Shown piece by piece: positions 51,180-60,072 of a DNA stretch of 64,000 nucleotides. The DNA comes from Syntrophales bacterium (lineage in GTDB: Bacteria > Desulfobacterota > Syntrophia > Syntrophales > UBA2185), in the NCBI GenBank assembly GCA_049521775.1, contig JBEKOL010000017.1, forward strand, positions 2,732 to 66,731, in the 5' to 3' direction. The notes beneath the pieces were generated by a model that ran no database searches, had not been told where the DNA came from, and saw only the letters and a program-made list of their open reading frames with translations. Both the position numbers and the translations under genes were made by a program. Position 1 is the stretch's first letter. Every line of letters begins with the position of its first letter.

Positions 51180-51268
51180 GACATTTTGAGCAGATTTTTC
51201 AAAAAAATAAGGGGAAAAAGCATTTTTTTTATAAAAAATGCCCCTTTCCCTTCAATTTTCTCTGATTT

Positions 51269-53032
51269 TTATGTTTTCGGCGCCCTATTCTGGAGAAAAG
51301 TGAGAGAAACCGTGGTGCCTTTCCCTAGCTGACTTTCGATATCAATACTGCCATTATGGGCCTTCATGAGATGTTTCACTATTGACAATCCCAGACCGGT
51401 GCCACCCAACTCCCTCGAACGTGCCCTGTCCGCCCGATAGAACCGTTCTCCGAGCCTGGTAATTTCACTTTTCTGTATACCTATGCCCGTGTCGGTCACT
51501 TTAACGACCACAAAACCTTTGTCATCTCCGAGCGCAGTAATCGAAATCTTTCCGCCGCTTGGCGTAAACTTGACGGCATTATCCAGGATGTTCACAAGAA
51601 TCTGCGCCATCCTATCCCTATCTGCCCAGATGAAGGGAAGCCCATCGGAGATTTGTTTATCAACAGCCAGGGATTTCTCTGCCGCTTTCGTCTCGAACAT
51701 GGGCAACACGTTCTCAATTGCATCGGCTATGGAGATATTTTCAAACCGCAATTTCATTTCTCCCAGCTCAATGCTGGAAAGGATCAACAAATCGTCCACC
51801 AGCCGTCCAAGACGGTGAGCATTCTCGGAAATTATGTGAAGAAATTTTTTTGCCGTCACTTCTTCCTTGATGGCTCCCCCCTCCAGGGTCTCAATAAATC
51901 CTATGATTGCCGTAAGCGGTGTCTTGATCTCGTGGGTGACATTAGCAACGAAGTCCTCGCGTATCTTTTCCAGTTTCTTAAGACGCGTGACGTCGTGAAA
52001 TACCATCATCGTCTTTTGTTCCTCTTCGGGTAGTCCTTGAACGGCTGATATAGTGACATCCAGGATAATGGGCGCCTCCTGGCCGAGGCTAATCTCCCGC
52101 AACACAGGTCCTCCAGAATCTTTAAACAGATCAAGGGCCTCCTGCAACTCGACATTCCTGAATGCCTCAAGGGGTGTCTTATTCAGAATTTCAGTAATGC
52201 CCTCATCCCCGAGGATTGCTTCCAGACTTTTGTTCAGAAACTCGATGCGGTTCTGATTGTTAATGAAAAGAACACCCTCTGTCATACTGGCAAAGGCCGC
52301 TTCAAGTTTAGCCTTCTCCATATAGGTAGCTCTCACTCTTTCCTGCTGATCTTGCACCATTTGATTGATGTCTTTTTCCAATTGCCCAACGTCGTCATTT
52401 GACTCTACCAGAAGTGTTCCCGATGCGTCACCGCTGCAAACCTTGTGCGTATATGAAATTACTTTCTCGATTGGCGATATCAGTTTTCTGGCCACAAGAA
52501 ATGCAATGATAAAAGAAGGGATGATAGCGATCAGGAGACAATTATATATATAGCTGTACTGCTGATCAACGGAGTTTCTTACCTCAAAGAGCGGACGGGC
52601 AAATCGTATGTAGCCTCTAACTTCAGAGTCTTCCACTATGGGAAAGGCAATATAAAGCATATCTACCCCAAGGGTGCGGCTGTAACGAATGGCTTCTCCC
52701 TGTCCCTTGATCCTGGCTTCCTGAATTTCCGAACGGTTCAGGTGACTGTCCATCTGCGCCAAGTCTTTCTCTGAATCCGCTTTGACCCGGCCCGAAGCAT
52801 CAATCAGAGTGACGCGGGAGCGTGATATGTCAGCCAGATGTGACAACTTCCTTTCAATATCGCCTATCCCTAATAATGCAGTGATTCGTGCTTGAGCAAC
52901 CAGGTCATTCTTAATCCCGTCTATCAATTCAGTCTTGATCTGCCGGGCATACATCAATCCCATGGCTATTGCGCTGAAAAGTATCAGCACGACATAGCCG
53001 GCAAAAATCCTGTATAGCAGGCGGTTCTTCAA
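51269..53032 (-). CDS. phoR: Phosphate-regulon-type sensor histidine kinase (PhoR/PnpS-like; 2 TM with extracytoplasmic loop, HAMP-like, PAS, HisKA, HATPase_c)
   Basis: H-box FVANVTHEIKTPLTAI, N box NILDNAVKFT, G boxes DTGIGI / GTGLGLSIV. It is the last gene of the pstSCAB-phoU operon, with a 4-nt gap after phoU. Confidence 0.8.
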   Translation of the reverse strand: MKNRLLYRIFAGYVVLILFSAIAMGLMYARQIKTELIDGIKNDLVAQARITALLGIGDIERKLSHLADISRSRVTLIDASGRVKADSEKDLAQMDSHLNRSEIQEARIKGQGEAIRYSRTLGVDMLYIAFPIVEDSEVRGYIRFARPLFEVRNSVDQQYSYIYNCLLIAIIPSFIIAFLVARKLISPIEKVISYTHKVCSGDASGTLLVESNDDVGQLEKDINQMVQDQQERVRATYMEKAKLEAAFASMTEGVLFINNQNRIEFLNKSLEAILGDEGITEILNKTPLEAFRNVELQEALDLFKDSGGPVLREISLGQEAPIILDVTISAVQGLPEEEQKTMMVFHDVTRLKKLEKIREDFVANVTHEIKTPLTAIIGFIETLEGGAIKEEVTAKKFLHIISENAHRLGRLVDDLLILSSIELGEMKLRFENISIADAIENVLPMFETKAAEKSLAVDKQISDGLPFIWADRDRMAQILVNILDNAVKFTPSGGKISITALGDDKGFVVVKVTDTGIGIQKSEITRLGERFYRADRARSRELGGTGLGLSIVKHLMKAHNGSIDIESQLGKGTTVSLTFLQNRAPKT

Positions 53033-53036
53033 TCAC

Positions 53037-53726
53037 TCACTCCGAAGCCTGACAACTTGGTTCGTGACGGACAATCTTACCCGTCACCATATACATTACC
53101 ATGTCGGCAATGCCCACGGCATGATCAGAAATCCGCTCGAGGCTCTTAGAAATCTGCATAATTATAAGAGCCCTGTGGATCTTCTTGGGGTCTTCCAACA
53201 TGAAGGTGAGGAGCTCCCGGAAGACCTGCTCATTGAGGTTATCTATAGTTTCATCCTCCATCCGCACATTGCGCGCCAGATCAATATCTTCATTCACCAG
53301 TGCATCGAGGCTCTCCCTGATCATTCCACGGGCAACTTCCGCCATCCGGGGAATATCAATATAAGGCTTCATCGGCGGTTCCTCACTTAAAATAATTGAC
53401 TTCTGCGCAATCTTCGCCGCCATGTCGCCTATCCTCTCCAGATGTCCATTGATCTTAATGGCCGTTGTGATGTATCTCAGGTCCCGCGCTGTCGGCTGCC
53501 TCAAAGCCAGAATGCGGATACACTTTTCCTCGATTTCAACATCAAGCTGATCGATCGTATTATCACCGCATATTACCCTTCGGGCCAGCGCCGTATCCCT
53601 ATCCACGAGGGCCTCGGTTGCAAGTTCTATTGCCTTTTCTACGAGTGCTCCCAAATAAAGAAGACTCTCCTTGACCTCGCGGAGTTCTTTTTCATAGTGG
53701 GTGCTTGTATGCTTTTTTTCAGCCAT
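53037..53726 (-). CDS. phoU: Phosphate signalling complex protein PhoU
   Basis: Two PhoU repeats with E(R)IGD / ERISDHA metal-binding motifs. 229 aa. Confidence 0.93.
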   Translation of the reverse strand: MAEKKHTSTHYEKELREVKESLLYLGALVEKAIELATEALVDRDTALARRVICGDNTIDQLDVEIEEKCIRILALRQPTARDLRYITTAIKINGHLERIGDMAAKIAQKSIILSEEPPMKPYIDIPRMAEVARGMIRESLDALVNEDIDLARNVRMEDETIDNLNEQVFRELLTFMLEDPKKIHRALIIMQISKSLERISDHAVGIADMVMYMVTGKIVRHEPSCQASE

Positions 53727-53778
53727 TTATTATCTCCTTAATATACTAAGCAACAAATTAAGAGATTCGTTTAATATC

Positions 53779-53834
53779 ATTCCGAGAAGAGAAGCGACGA
53801 GGAATCTTAAAATTCCTCCTTCTGGTCGGAATGA
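53779..53834 (-). promoter_or_regulatory. Intercistronic imperfect stem-loop between pstB and phoU
   Basis: Outer pairing cattccga (53779-53786) / tcggaatg (53827-53834). Inner perfect 7-bp stem gaggaat / attcctc with a 6-nt loop cttaaa. It lies in the 142-nt pstB-phoU spacer. Confidence 0.4.
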
Positions 53835-53868
53835 CATGGGTTATGTTTTCACCGAATACCAAATGCAA

Positions 53869-54639
53869 TCAACCGAATCTCCCAGTAATATAGTCTTCCG
53901 TCTGTTTTACATCCGGATTGGTAAAGATTTTTTCCGTGGCGTTATATTCAATGAGCTTCCCTAAATAGAAGAAACCGGTCTTCGATGAGATACGGGCTGC
54001 CTGCTGCATGTTATGTGTAACTATGATAATGGTATATTTCTTCTTCAATTCATCGATCAACTCTTCAATTTTTGCCGTTGATATAGGATCGAGCGCCGAC
54101 GTTGGCTCATCCATGAGTATGACATCTGGTTTCATAGCGAGCGCTCTGGCAATACACAGGCGCTGCTGCTGTCCCCCGGATAAAGTCATCGCCGATTTAT
54201 CCAGAATGTCTTTCACCTCTTCCCATAGAACCGCCTGTTTCAGGCTCTCTTCAGCAAGCAACTCTAAATCGCTCTTTTTCATTATCCCCGCAAGCTTTGG
54301 CGCATAGGTAACATTGTTGAATATTGACTTTGGAAACGGATTGGGTTTTTGAAAAACCATGCCAATTTTTCTCCGAACGTCGACGGGATCGACATCGGGA
54401 CTATAAATATTTATGCCTTCAAAAATGATTTCTCCTTCGACCCTGGTTCCAGTGATGAGATCATTCATGCGATTGAGGAGCCTCAACAGCGTGGACTTGC
54501 CACAGCCGGAAGGTCCTATTAAAGCAGTAACCCGGTCCTTTTCGAAATCCATGGTGATATCGGTCAGTGCCATGGTCTGTCCGTAGAAAAAATTTACATT
54601 CCTCAATTCAATTATACTGTCAGCTTCCACAATTACCAC
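53869..54639 (-). CDS. pstB: Phosphate ABC transporter ATP-binding protein PstB
   Basis: Walker [10 protein letters not shown], signature LSGGQQQRL, Walker [12 protein letters not shown], and the PstB-typical tail [10 protein letters not shown]. Confidence 0.96.
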   Translation of the reverse strand: MVIVEADSIIELRNVNFFYGQTMALTDITMDFEKDRVTALIGPSGCGKSTLLRLLNRMNDLITGTRVEGEIIFEGINIYSPDVDPVDVRRKIGMVFQKPNPFPKSIFNNVTYAPKLAGIMKKSDLELLAEESLKQAVLWEEVKDILDKSAMTLSGGQQQRLCIARALAMKPDVILMDEPTSALDPISTAKIEELIDELKKKYTIIIVTHNMQQAARISSKTGFFYLGKLIEYNATEKIFTNPDVKQTEDYITGRFG

Positions 54640-55511
54640 CTTTTTTTCTTCCTGACATAACTCCTGATGACAATGGCAATAAGATCAACCCCCAACACAA
54701 GCCCGACAAGAACAAGCACCGTCCCATACTGAATCGATCTCGTCTGTTCTATGTGGGTACCCGCCGTAGCAAGAACATATATGTGGTAGGGAAGAGCCAT
54801 GACTTCATCGAAAATCGAACCTGGAAGCTTCGCTGTAAAGAATGCCGCCGCAGTAAACATAATCGGCGCTGTTTCGCCCGCCGCCCTGCCGATACCCAGG
54901 ATTGACCCTGTCAGTATTCCGGGCAAAGCATTCGGCAGGACGATCTTATATACAGTCTGCCATTTGGATACACCGAGGGCCAGTGACGCCTCCCGGAACG
55001 TTTGTGGGACTGATTTCAAGGCCTCTTCCGATGCCCCGATAATTGTCGGCAAGACAAGTATGCCGAGCGTTAAGGCTCCGGAAAGAATGCATGATCCAAA
55101 ATGCAGGAAAACAACAAAGAAACCGAGTCCGAACAATCCGAAAACAACTGAAGGAACGCCCGCCAAACAATTAATGCCAATGCGGACAAGTCTGACAAAT
55201 TTTCCCTGTTTCGCATATTCAGTGAGATAAATTGCCGACACTACACCGAGAGGGAGTGCAACAGCTATTGCGCCGATTGTCAGATAGAGGGTGCCTAAGA
55301 TGGCAGGCATGATACCGCCCTCAGTCATGGAATCTGTTGGCGGGAGGGTGAGAAAATCCCAACTGATGGCTGATATACCGTTCACAACGATGTAAGCAAT
55401 CAGACCGCCGAGGGCCAACGCAATCAGCAGCGCCGACAATCGAACAACGGTGAAAAACACCTGCTGTTTGAAATATCGAAATTTCATGGATGCCTGCAGC
55501 ACATCCTGCAT
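54633..55511 (-). CDS. pstA: Phosphate ABC transporter permease PstA
   Basis: EAA-type loop [28 protein letters not shown] at 55511 follows GGGAG plus about 8 nt and avoids overlapping pstC; the track ORF extends to 55586. Confidence 0.9.
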   Translation of the reverse strand: MQDVLQASMKFRYFKQQVFFTVVRLSALLIALALGGLIAYIVVNGISAISWDFLTLPPTDSMTEGGIMPAILGTLYLTIGAIAVALPLGVVSAIYLTEYAKQGKFVRLVRIGINCLAGVPSVVFGLFGLGFFVVFLHFGSCILSGALTLGILVLPTIIGASEEALKSVPQTFREASLALGVSKWQTVYKIVLPNALPGILTGSILGIGRAAGETAPIMFTAAAFFTAKLPGSIFDEVMALPYHIYVLATAGTHIEQTRSIQYGTVLVLVGLVLGVDLIAIVIRSYVRKKKRW

Positions 55512-55533
55512 AAGATAAACTCCCTGTTTCCCT

Positions 55534-56421
55534 TCACAGTGTGGCTGATCCCACTTCTTTGAATTTCTGGGAAATATAATCGGCAATGAGATTAAAAATC
55601 AGGGTTAAAAAAAACAGGACAATGCCGGTGGCAAAAAGAGCATGGTAATGCCCGCTCCCGAACGGCGCCTCCCCCATCTCCGCAGCAATGCTTGCCGGCA
55701 TCGGCCTGACAGAATCAAAGATACTTTCAGGAATGGCTGCCGCACCGCCTGCCACCATCAGCACGACCATGGTTTCACCTATAGCCCTGGCCATACCGAG
55801 GATCACGGCCGTGGAAATCCCCGACAGCGCTGCCGGCATAATGACCTTGGTTATGGTTTCATGTTTCGTAGCGCCCAGGGCATACGACGCCTCCTTAAAC
55901 TCGCTGGGCACGGCGTAAAGGGCATCCTCCGAGATGCTCGAAATCGTAGGTATCGCCATGATTGCCAGAATTACCGAGGCGTTCACAATGTTAAGACCTG
56001 TCGGGAGATCAAAGGTCTCCTGGAGAAACGGGGCTACAACGACCATGCCGAAGAAACCGAGGACTACGGAAGGAATCCCTGCCAAAAGTTCTATTATTGC
56101 CTTCGTAACGTCTTTGATTGAAGCGGGGGCTATTTCAGAAATATAAACAGCAGAAAGGATCCCCAGCGGAACGGCAATCAGGCAGGAGAATATGGTAACA
56201 ACTGCAGAACCAATTATCAGGGGCCATATCCCGTAGGACGGAGGATCATACGTGGGATACCATTCCTGTCCGAAAAGGAAATCTGCAACGGAAACCTCCT
56301 TGAATATAGGTATCCCTTCGCGGAAAAGAAAGACAACGATTAGTACCAGGGTAAGCACAGAGACGAAGGAGAAAAAAGCGAAAACTCCCTTGATGATGGT
56401 TTCCTTCAGATGTCTGGACAT
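55534..56421 (-). CDS. pstC: Phosphate ABC transporter permease PstC
   Basis: Six-TM permease with the EAA loop EASYALGATKHETITKVIMPAALSGI. Confidence 0.9.
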   Translation of the reverse strand: MSRHLKETIIKGVFAFFSFVSVLTLVLIVVFLFREGIPIFKEVSVADFLFGQEWYPTYDPPSYGIWPLIIGSAVVTIFSCLIAVPLGILSAVYISEIAPASIKDVTKAIIELLAGIPSVVLGFFGMVVVAPFLQETFDLPTGLNIVNASVILAIMAIPTISSISEDALYAVPSEFKEASYALGATKHETITKVIMPAALSGISTAVILGMARAIGETMVVLMVAGGAAAIPESIFDSVRPMPASIAAEMGEAPFGSGHYHALFATGIVLFFLTLIFNLIADYISQKFKEVGSATL

Positions 56422-56427
56422 ACTAAT

Positions 56428-57282
56428 CTACTGTTTTTTACCTTTTTTCAATGTTTTTTCTTTGGCTTCAGCCGTTACTGGGACAAATCCCTCCTTGGCA
56501 ACCAGTTTCTGTCCGGCAGGGCTCAGCACGAATTTGATCAAATTTGCAACTTCACCTGTAGGCTGACCGTTCGTATACATATAGAGGGGTCTTGACACCG
56601 GGTACTCCTTGGAAAGCGCTGTCTTCGCCGAGGCCGTAATGCCGTTGACGGTCAATGCCTTGAGCGACGTGTTTAAATAGCCTAAGCCAATATAACCGAT
56701 GGCATATCTGTTTTTTGAAACCGCTTGAACAACGGCACCATTTGACGCCTGTAACTGTGCCTTGGAAGTTACTCGGGCATTGTTTAAAACCAGGTGCCCC
56801 CAGGATTCAAAAGTTCCGGAGCTGCTGTCCCTCGAAACAACGACAATCGTGAGATTGTCACCGCCGACCTCTTTCCAGTTTGTAATCTTGCCCTGATATA
56901 TCTGGCTCAACTGATCAATGGTCAATCCATTGATTTTGTTTTTCGGATGCACGATGGGAACGATAGCGTCGATCGCAACAGCGTGGGCAATAGGATCCAC
57001 TCCTTGCGCTCTGGCAAGGGTGATTTCTTTGTCCTTAATTTCCCTTGATGAATTTGCAATGTCTGTAGACTTGTCAATTAGTGCCTTGATCCCATCTCCC
57101 GATCCCCCAGCGGAAAGAGATATATTCACTCCGGGATGCACCTTCGTGTAGGCCTCCAATGCCGCCTGTGCGATGGGCAAAACCGTTGTCGATCCCTTGA
57201 TGACAACATTTTCCGCGGCAAGAGCCAGATTTGCACCAAAGATTAGCCAAATCAACCCTACCGCCAACAATTTTCTTAACAT
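56428..57282 (-). CDS. pstS: Phosphate ABC transporter periplasmic phosphate-binding protein PstS
   Basis: Signal peptide MLRKLLAVGLIWLIFGANLALA, then GSTTVLP, GGSGDGI, SRDSSSGT phosphate-binding motifs. ATG at 57282 follows GGAGG plus 8 nt; the track ORF begins 5 codons earlier. Confidence 0.9.
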   Translation of the reverse strand: MLRKLLAVGLIWLIFGANLALAAENVVIKGSTTVLPIAQAALEAYTKVHPGVNISLSAGGSGDGIKALIDKSTDIANSSREIKDKEITLARAQGVDPIAHAVAIDAIVPIVHPKNKINGLTIDQLSQIYQGKITNWKEVGGDNLTIVVVSRDSSSGTFESWGHLVLNNARVTSKAQLQASNGAVVQAVSKNRYAIGYIGLGYLNTSLKALTVNGITASAKTALSKEYPVSRPLYMYTNGQPTGEVANLIKFVLSPAGQKLVAKEGFVPVTAEAKEKTLKKGKKQ

Positions 57283-57321
57283 TTTCAAAACCTCCATTCG
57301 ATTTTACTTTATCTTCAATAT

Positions 57322-57485
57322 TTACAGAATAACTCTCTTATTGCCTGCTCTCAAGAATTGAAAAAATTCATCGGTATTTTAGCACTACAAAAAAGGTCAA
57401 GACCGTTACAGAATCCTATGAGACGGTCTTGTTTCCAAAGGCAGTATACTAATACACATCAAATGTTTCAGATTTGTTACAGAAT
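57322..57485 (-). promoter_or_regulatory. Three copies of ATTCTGTAA (Pho-box-like half-sites) upstream of pstS
   Basis: Plus-strand ttacagaat occurs at 57322-57330, 57406-57414 and 57477-57485. The distal copy reads on the minus strand CTGTAAC-AAAT-CTGAAAC, i.e. two 7-mers at 11-bp phasing, like the E. coli Pho box CTGTCAT-A(A/T)A(T/A)-CTGTCA(C/T). Confidence 0.45.
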
Positions 57486-57619
57486 GATGAAGAATTTATT
57501 AATCCTGGAAACAAGGGATCTGCTCCGTAGACCCCTCAATCGCCTATTGCCTGTCGACTGAGAACTGTGATAAATGGCCTATATACGTCAAATTTATTTA
57601 GGCTCTGAAAGGATGCTCG

Positions 57620-58696
57620 ATGAACGATGTTGCAGGGAAGCGCCAGGCGTTAATCAACAAACTCTTTCCTTCCGGCATCCCTCGGTTGTGGTGCCCTCTC
57701 CTCACACACTATAAAAGCGATGGCACAATCGACTTTGACAGGATGCGTGTCCACTTCAACCATGTGGCCCATTGGGCAAGAGGATTTCTTGTTCCCGGGT
57801 CGACCGGTGATGGCTGGGAACTGACTGAAGATGAAACATTAGAAGTCGCAGCCTTCGCGATAAAACAGGCCCGGATGCGCGAAATCAGCCTCCTTCTCGG
57901 TGTCCTGAAAGCTGATGTCGAGACCATGAAGCGGACGATCTCAAGCATGATTAAGATGCTTCAAGAAAATCCGTCGGGAAAAGAGGATGCCGGCCAAATC
58001 CTGCAAGCCAATCATGTTTGCGGTATCACTGTTTGCCCACCCCGGGGAAAGTCGCTTACACAACCTGAAATCGAAGCCGGTCTTTCCGCTATTCTCGATA
58101 TGGGCACACCGACAGCACTGTACCAACTTCCCCAGATGACCGAAAATGAAGTGGCGCCAGAAACCTTTGAAAGACTCGTGCAGAAATATTCCAACCTGGT
58201 TTTCTTCAAGGACTCAAGCGGTCAGGACGACATTGCAACTTCCTATGTCTACAAGGGCGGCGTCTTTCTCGTAAGGGGCGCTGAGGGCAGCTATGCGCAA
58301 TGGCTCACAGAGACAGGCTGCTGCTACGATGGTTTCCTTCTCAGCACGGCTAACTGCTTTTCTCAGAATCTTTCTTCTCTCATCGAAAGTCTTGAAAAGA
58401 ACGATCAGGAAAAAGCAAGGGAGATATCAGAAATACTGACCACTGTTGTCAGTGAGGTCTTTGCTCTGGTGCAACCACTGCCTTACGGCAATCCCTTCAC
58501 CAATGCCAATAAGGCCATGGATCATTTTTTTGCCTTCGGACCTTCGGCAAATACAACAGAAGGACCCATGCTTCACGAAACAGTTCGCATTCCCCACGAT
58601 ATCATCCAGGCGACAGGCGCCATTCTGACTCACTACAACCTGATGCCTGAAAAAGGATACATGGAGCAAAATGTTCCTATATCATATGGCAGATGA
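57620..58696 (+). CDS. Dihydrodipicolinate synthase/N-acetylneuraminate lyase (DapA) family aldolase, atypically long
   Basis: LVPGSTGDGWELTEDE corresponds to the GTTGE motif. FFKDSSG corresponds to the Schiff-base Lys motif (I/V)KDSSG. 358 aa versus about 290-300 aa for canonical members. Confidence 0.6.
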   Translation: MNDVAGKRQALINKLFPSGIPRLWCPLLTHYKSDGTIDFDRMRVHFNHVAHWARGFLVPGSTGDGWELTEDETLEVAAFAIKQARMREISLLLGVLKADVETMKRTISSMIKMLQENPSGKEDAGQILQANHVCGITVCPPRGKSLTQPEIEAGLSAILDMGTPTALYQLPQMTENEVAPETFERLVQKYSNLVFFKDSSGQDDIATSYVYKGGVFLVRGAEGSYAQWLTETGCCYDGFLLSTANCFSQNLSSLIESLEKNDQEKAREISEILTTVVSEVFALVQPLPYGNPFTNANKAMDHFFAFGPSANTTEGPMLHETVRIPHDIIQATGAILTHYNLMPEKGYMEQNVPISYGR

Positions 58697-58844
58697 AATG
58701 CTATCTGCGGAAGACCGCTGCAAGCGGCGGGGAATTAGACCCACAAAGATTAAACAGCACACCACCTGCCCCATTTAAAGTCGACAAAGAGATGCGGTGC
58801 AGTTTTTTGTGCCATGAAGTTGTACGTTAGAATGGAGGTGTAAA

Positions 58845-59426
58845 ATGACCTACAAGAACGCTGTGAAGAAAGTACTCGTTTTACTGGGCAGCCCCAGGAA
58901 GAAAGGCAATAGCGCTATATTAGCGGAACGGATTGCCAAAGGAGCAAAATCCGTTGGCGCTAATGTGGAGACTCTCTTTATTCACGGGATGAAAATCGCG
59001 CCCTGTAATTCATGCTATGCATGTCAGAAGCCAAACAGCAAGGGATGCTCTATCAATGACGACATGCAGATTGTTTACAAGAAGTTGATGGCTTCGGACG
59101 CATGGATAATTGCGAGTCCTGTTTATTGGTTTACCGTATCAGCGCAGACAAAACTATGGATGGACCGCTCTTTTGCCTTGCTCCCCCGCGCCGAGGAAGC
59201 GTTTATTGGCAAACGGATCGCTATAGCCATGAGTTACGGAGATTCTGAACCGTTTAAATCCGGCTGCGTCAATGCTCTCCGGACCTTTCAGGATGCCTAT
59301 GGATATGTTCAGGCATGTATTGTCGGGATGGTTTACGGAAGCGCCATGGATGCCGGAGAAATCAAGAATAATAAAGCCTTGATGAAGGAATCTGAGGAAC
59401 TCGGAAAACGGCTGGTCAGCGGCTGA
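58845..59426 (+). CDS. Flavodoxin-like fold NADPH-dependent FMN reductase / iron-sulfur flavoprotein
   Basis: VLVLLGSPRKKGNS FMN-binding loop, Cys cluster CNSCYACQ..GC, SPVYWF. SD GGAGG. Confidence 0.8.
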   Translation: MTYKNAVKKVLVLLGSPRKKGNSAILAERIAKGAKSVGANVETLFIHGMKIAPCNSCYACQKPNSKGCSINDDMQIVYKKLMASDAWIIASPVYWFTVSAQTKLWMDRSFALLPRAEEAFIGKRIAIAMSYGDSEPFKSGCVNALRTFQDAYGYVQACIVGMVYGSAMDAGEIKNNKALMKESEELGKRLVSG

Positions 59427-60072
59427 ACCGCCCATAAGAATTGTGACTCTCAAGCGGGATATTTAAACTCAACAAGAGTACTTATTTCGCCCTGTTATGT
59501 TTTTTCTAATTTAGCTCAGCAACACGACATTCCGTATCGTAATCAATGAGCCCCCCTTAATTTGTAATCATTTGATGACAATCGCCACATCGATATGCCA
59601 TGCTGTTTCTCCTTTCGGAAAAACTCTACCATAGCAATGTGGCTTGTGTTACGATTTTTTTTGCAAACCTAACATTTTTTGTCAAAGAGCCTGTTTATAA
59701 ATTAAACTAATTATGACACATTCTCTTGATCGGGGAGCAAGATTTCTTTTACTTTGAACCTTGAGCCCTTCACCTTATCTCTCTTCTCTTATCTCACGCC
59801 GGACTTGCTGAGCCTGCCCCGTATTTCATACGCAGTAATCCATTCCTCCATTATCTCATTTCGAAGGAACGCAGTGACTGAGAAATCTTCTCCCTCCTGT
59901 AATTCCCCCGTTGTCCCCTTTGTCAAAGGGGGTGAAAAGAAAAGGGGGCAATTCCATTTTCCACTTGACAATAGCCGGCATTCCGGAAAAAACTTGATCA
60001 CAGCAGGCAAGATTACGAACGGCAGGATCGATCTTCGGGGATTAAAATCGATATTTTGATGGGGAACAAAAA

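Noticed and set aside
51069-51268. Looked for a CIRCE/HrcA operator (TTAGCACTC-N9-GAGTGCTAA) upstream of groES.
   Set aside because: No match or near match appears on either strand. Only a CTTGACA-N16-TATTTT promoter-like sequence and an AT-rich palindrome (gcatttttttt-ataaaaaatgc) are present.
57358-57561. 67-aa ORF in the pstS / DapA-family divergent promoter region.
   Set aside because: It has a basic, low-complexity sequence and no SD, and it overlaps the repeated Pho-box-like motifs. I treat it as regulatory DNA.
59754-60059. 101-aa plus-strand ORF and the overlapping 73-aa minus-strand ORF (59789-60010).
   Set aside because: They are mutually antisense, have no RBS and no motif, and have proline/serine-rich odd composition spanning a GC palindrome. 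They are more likely non-coding.
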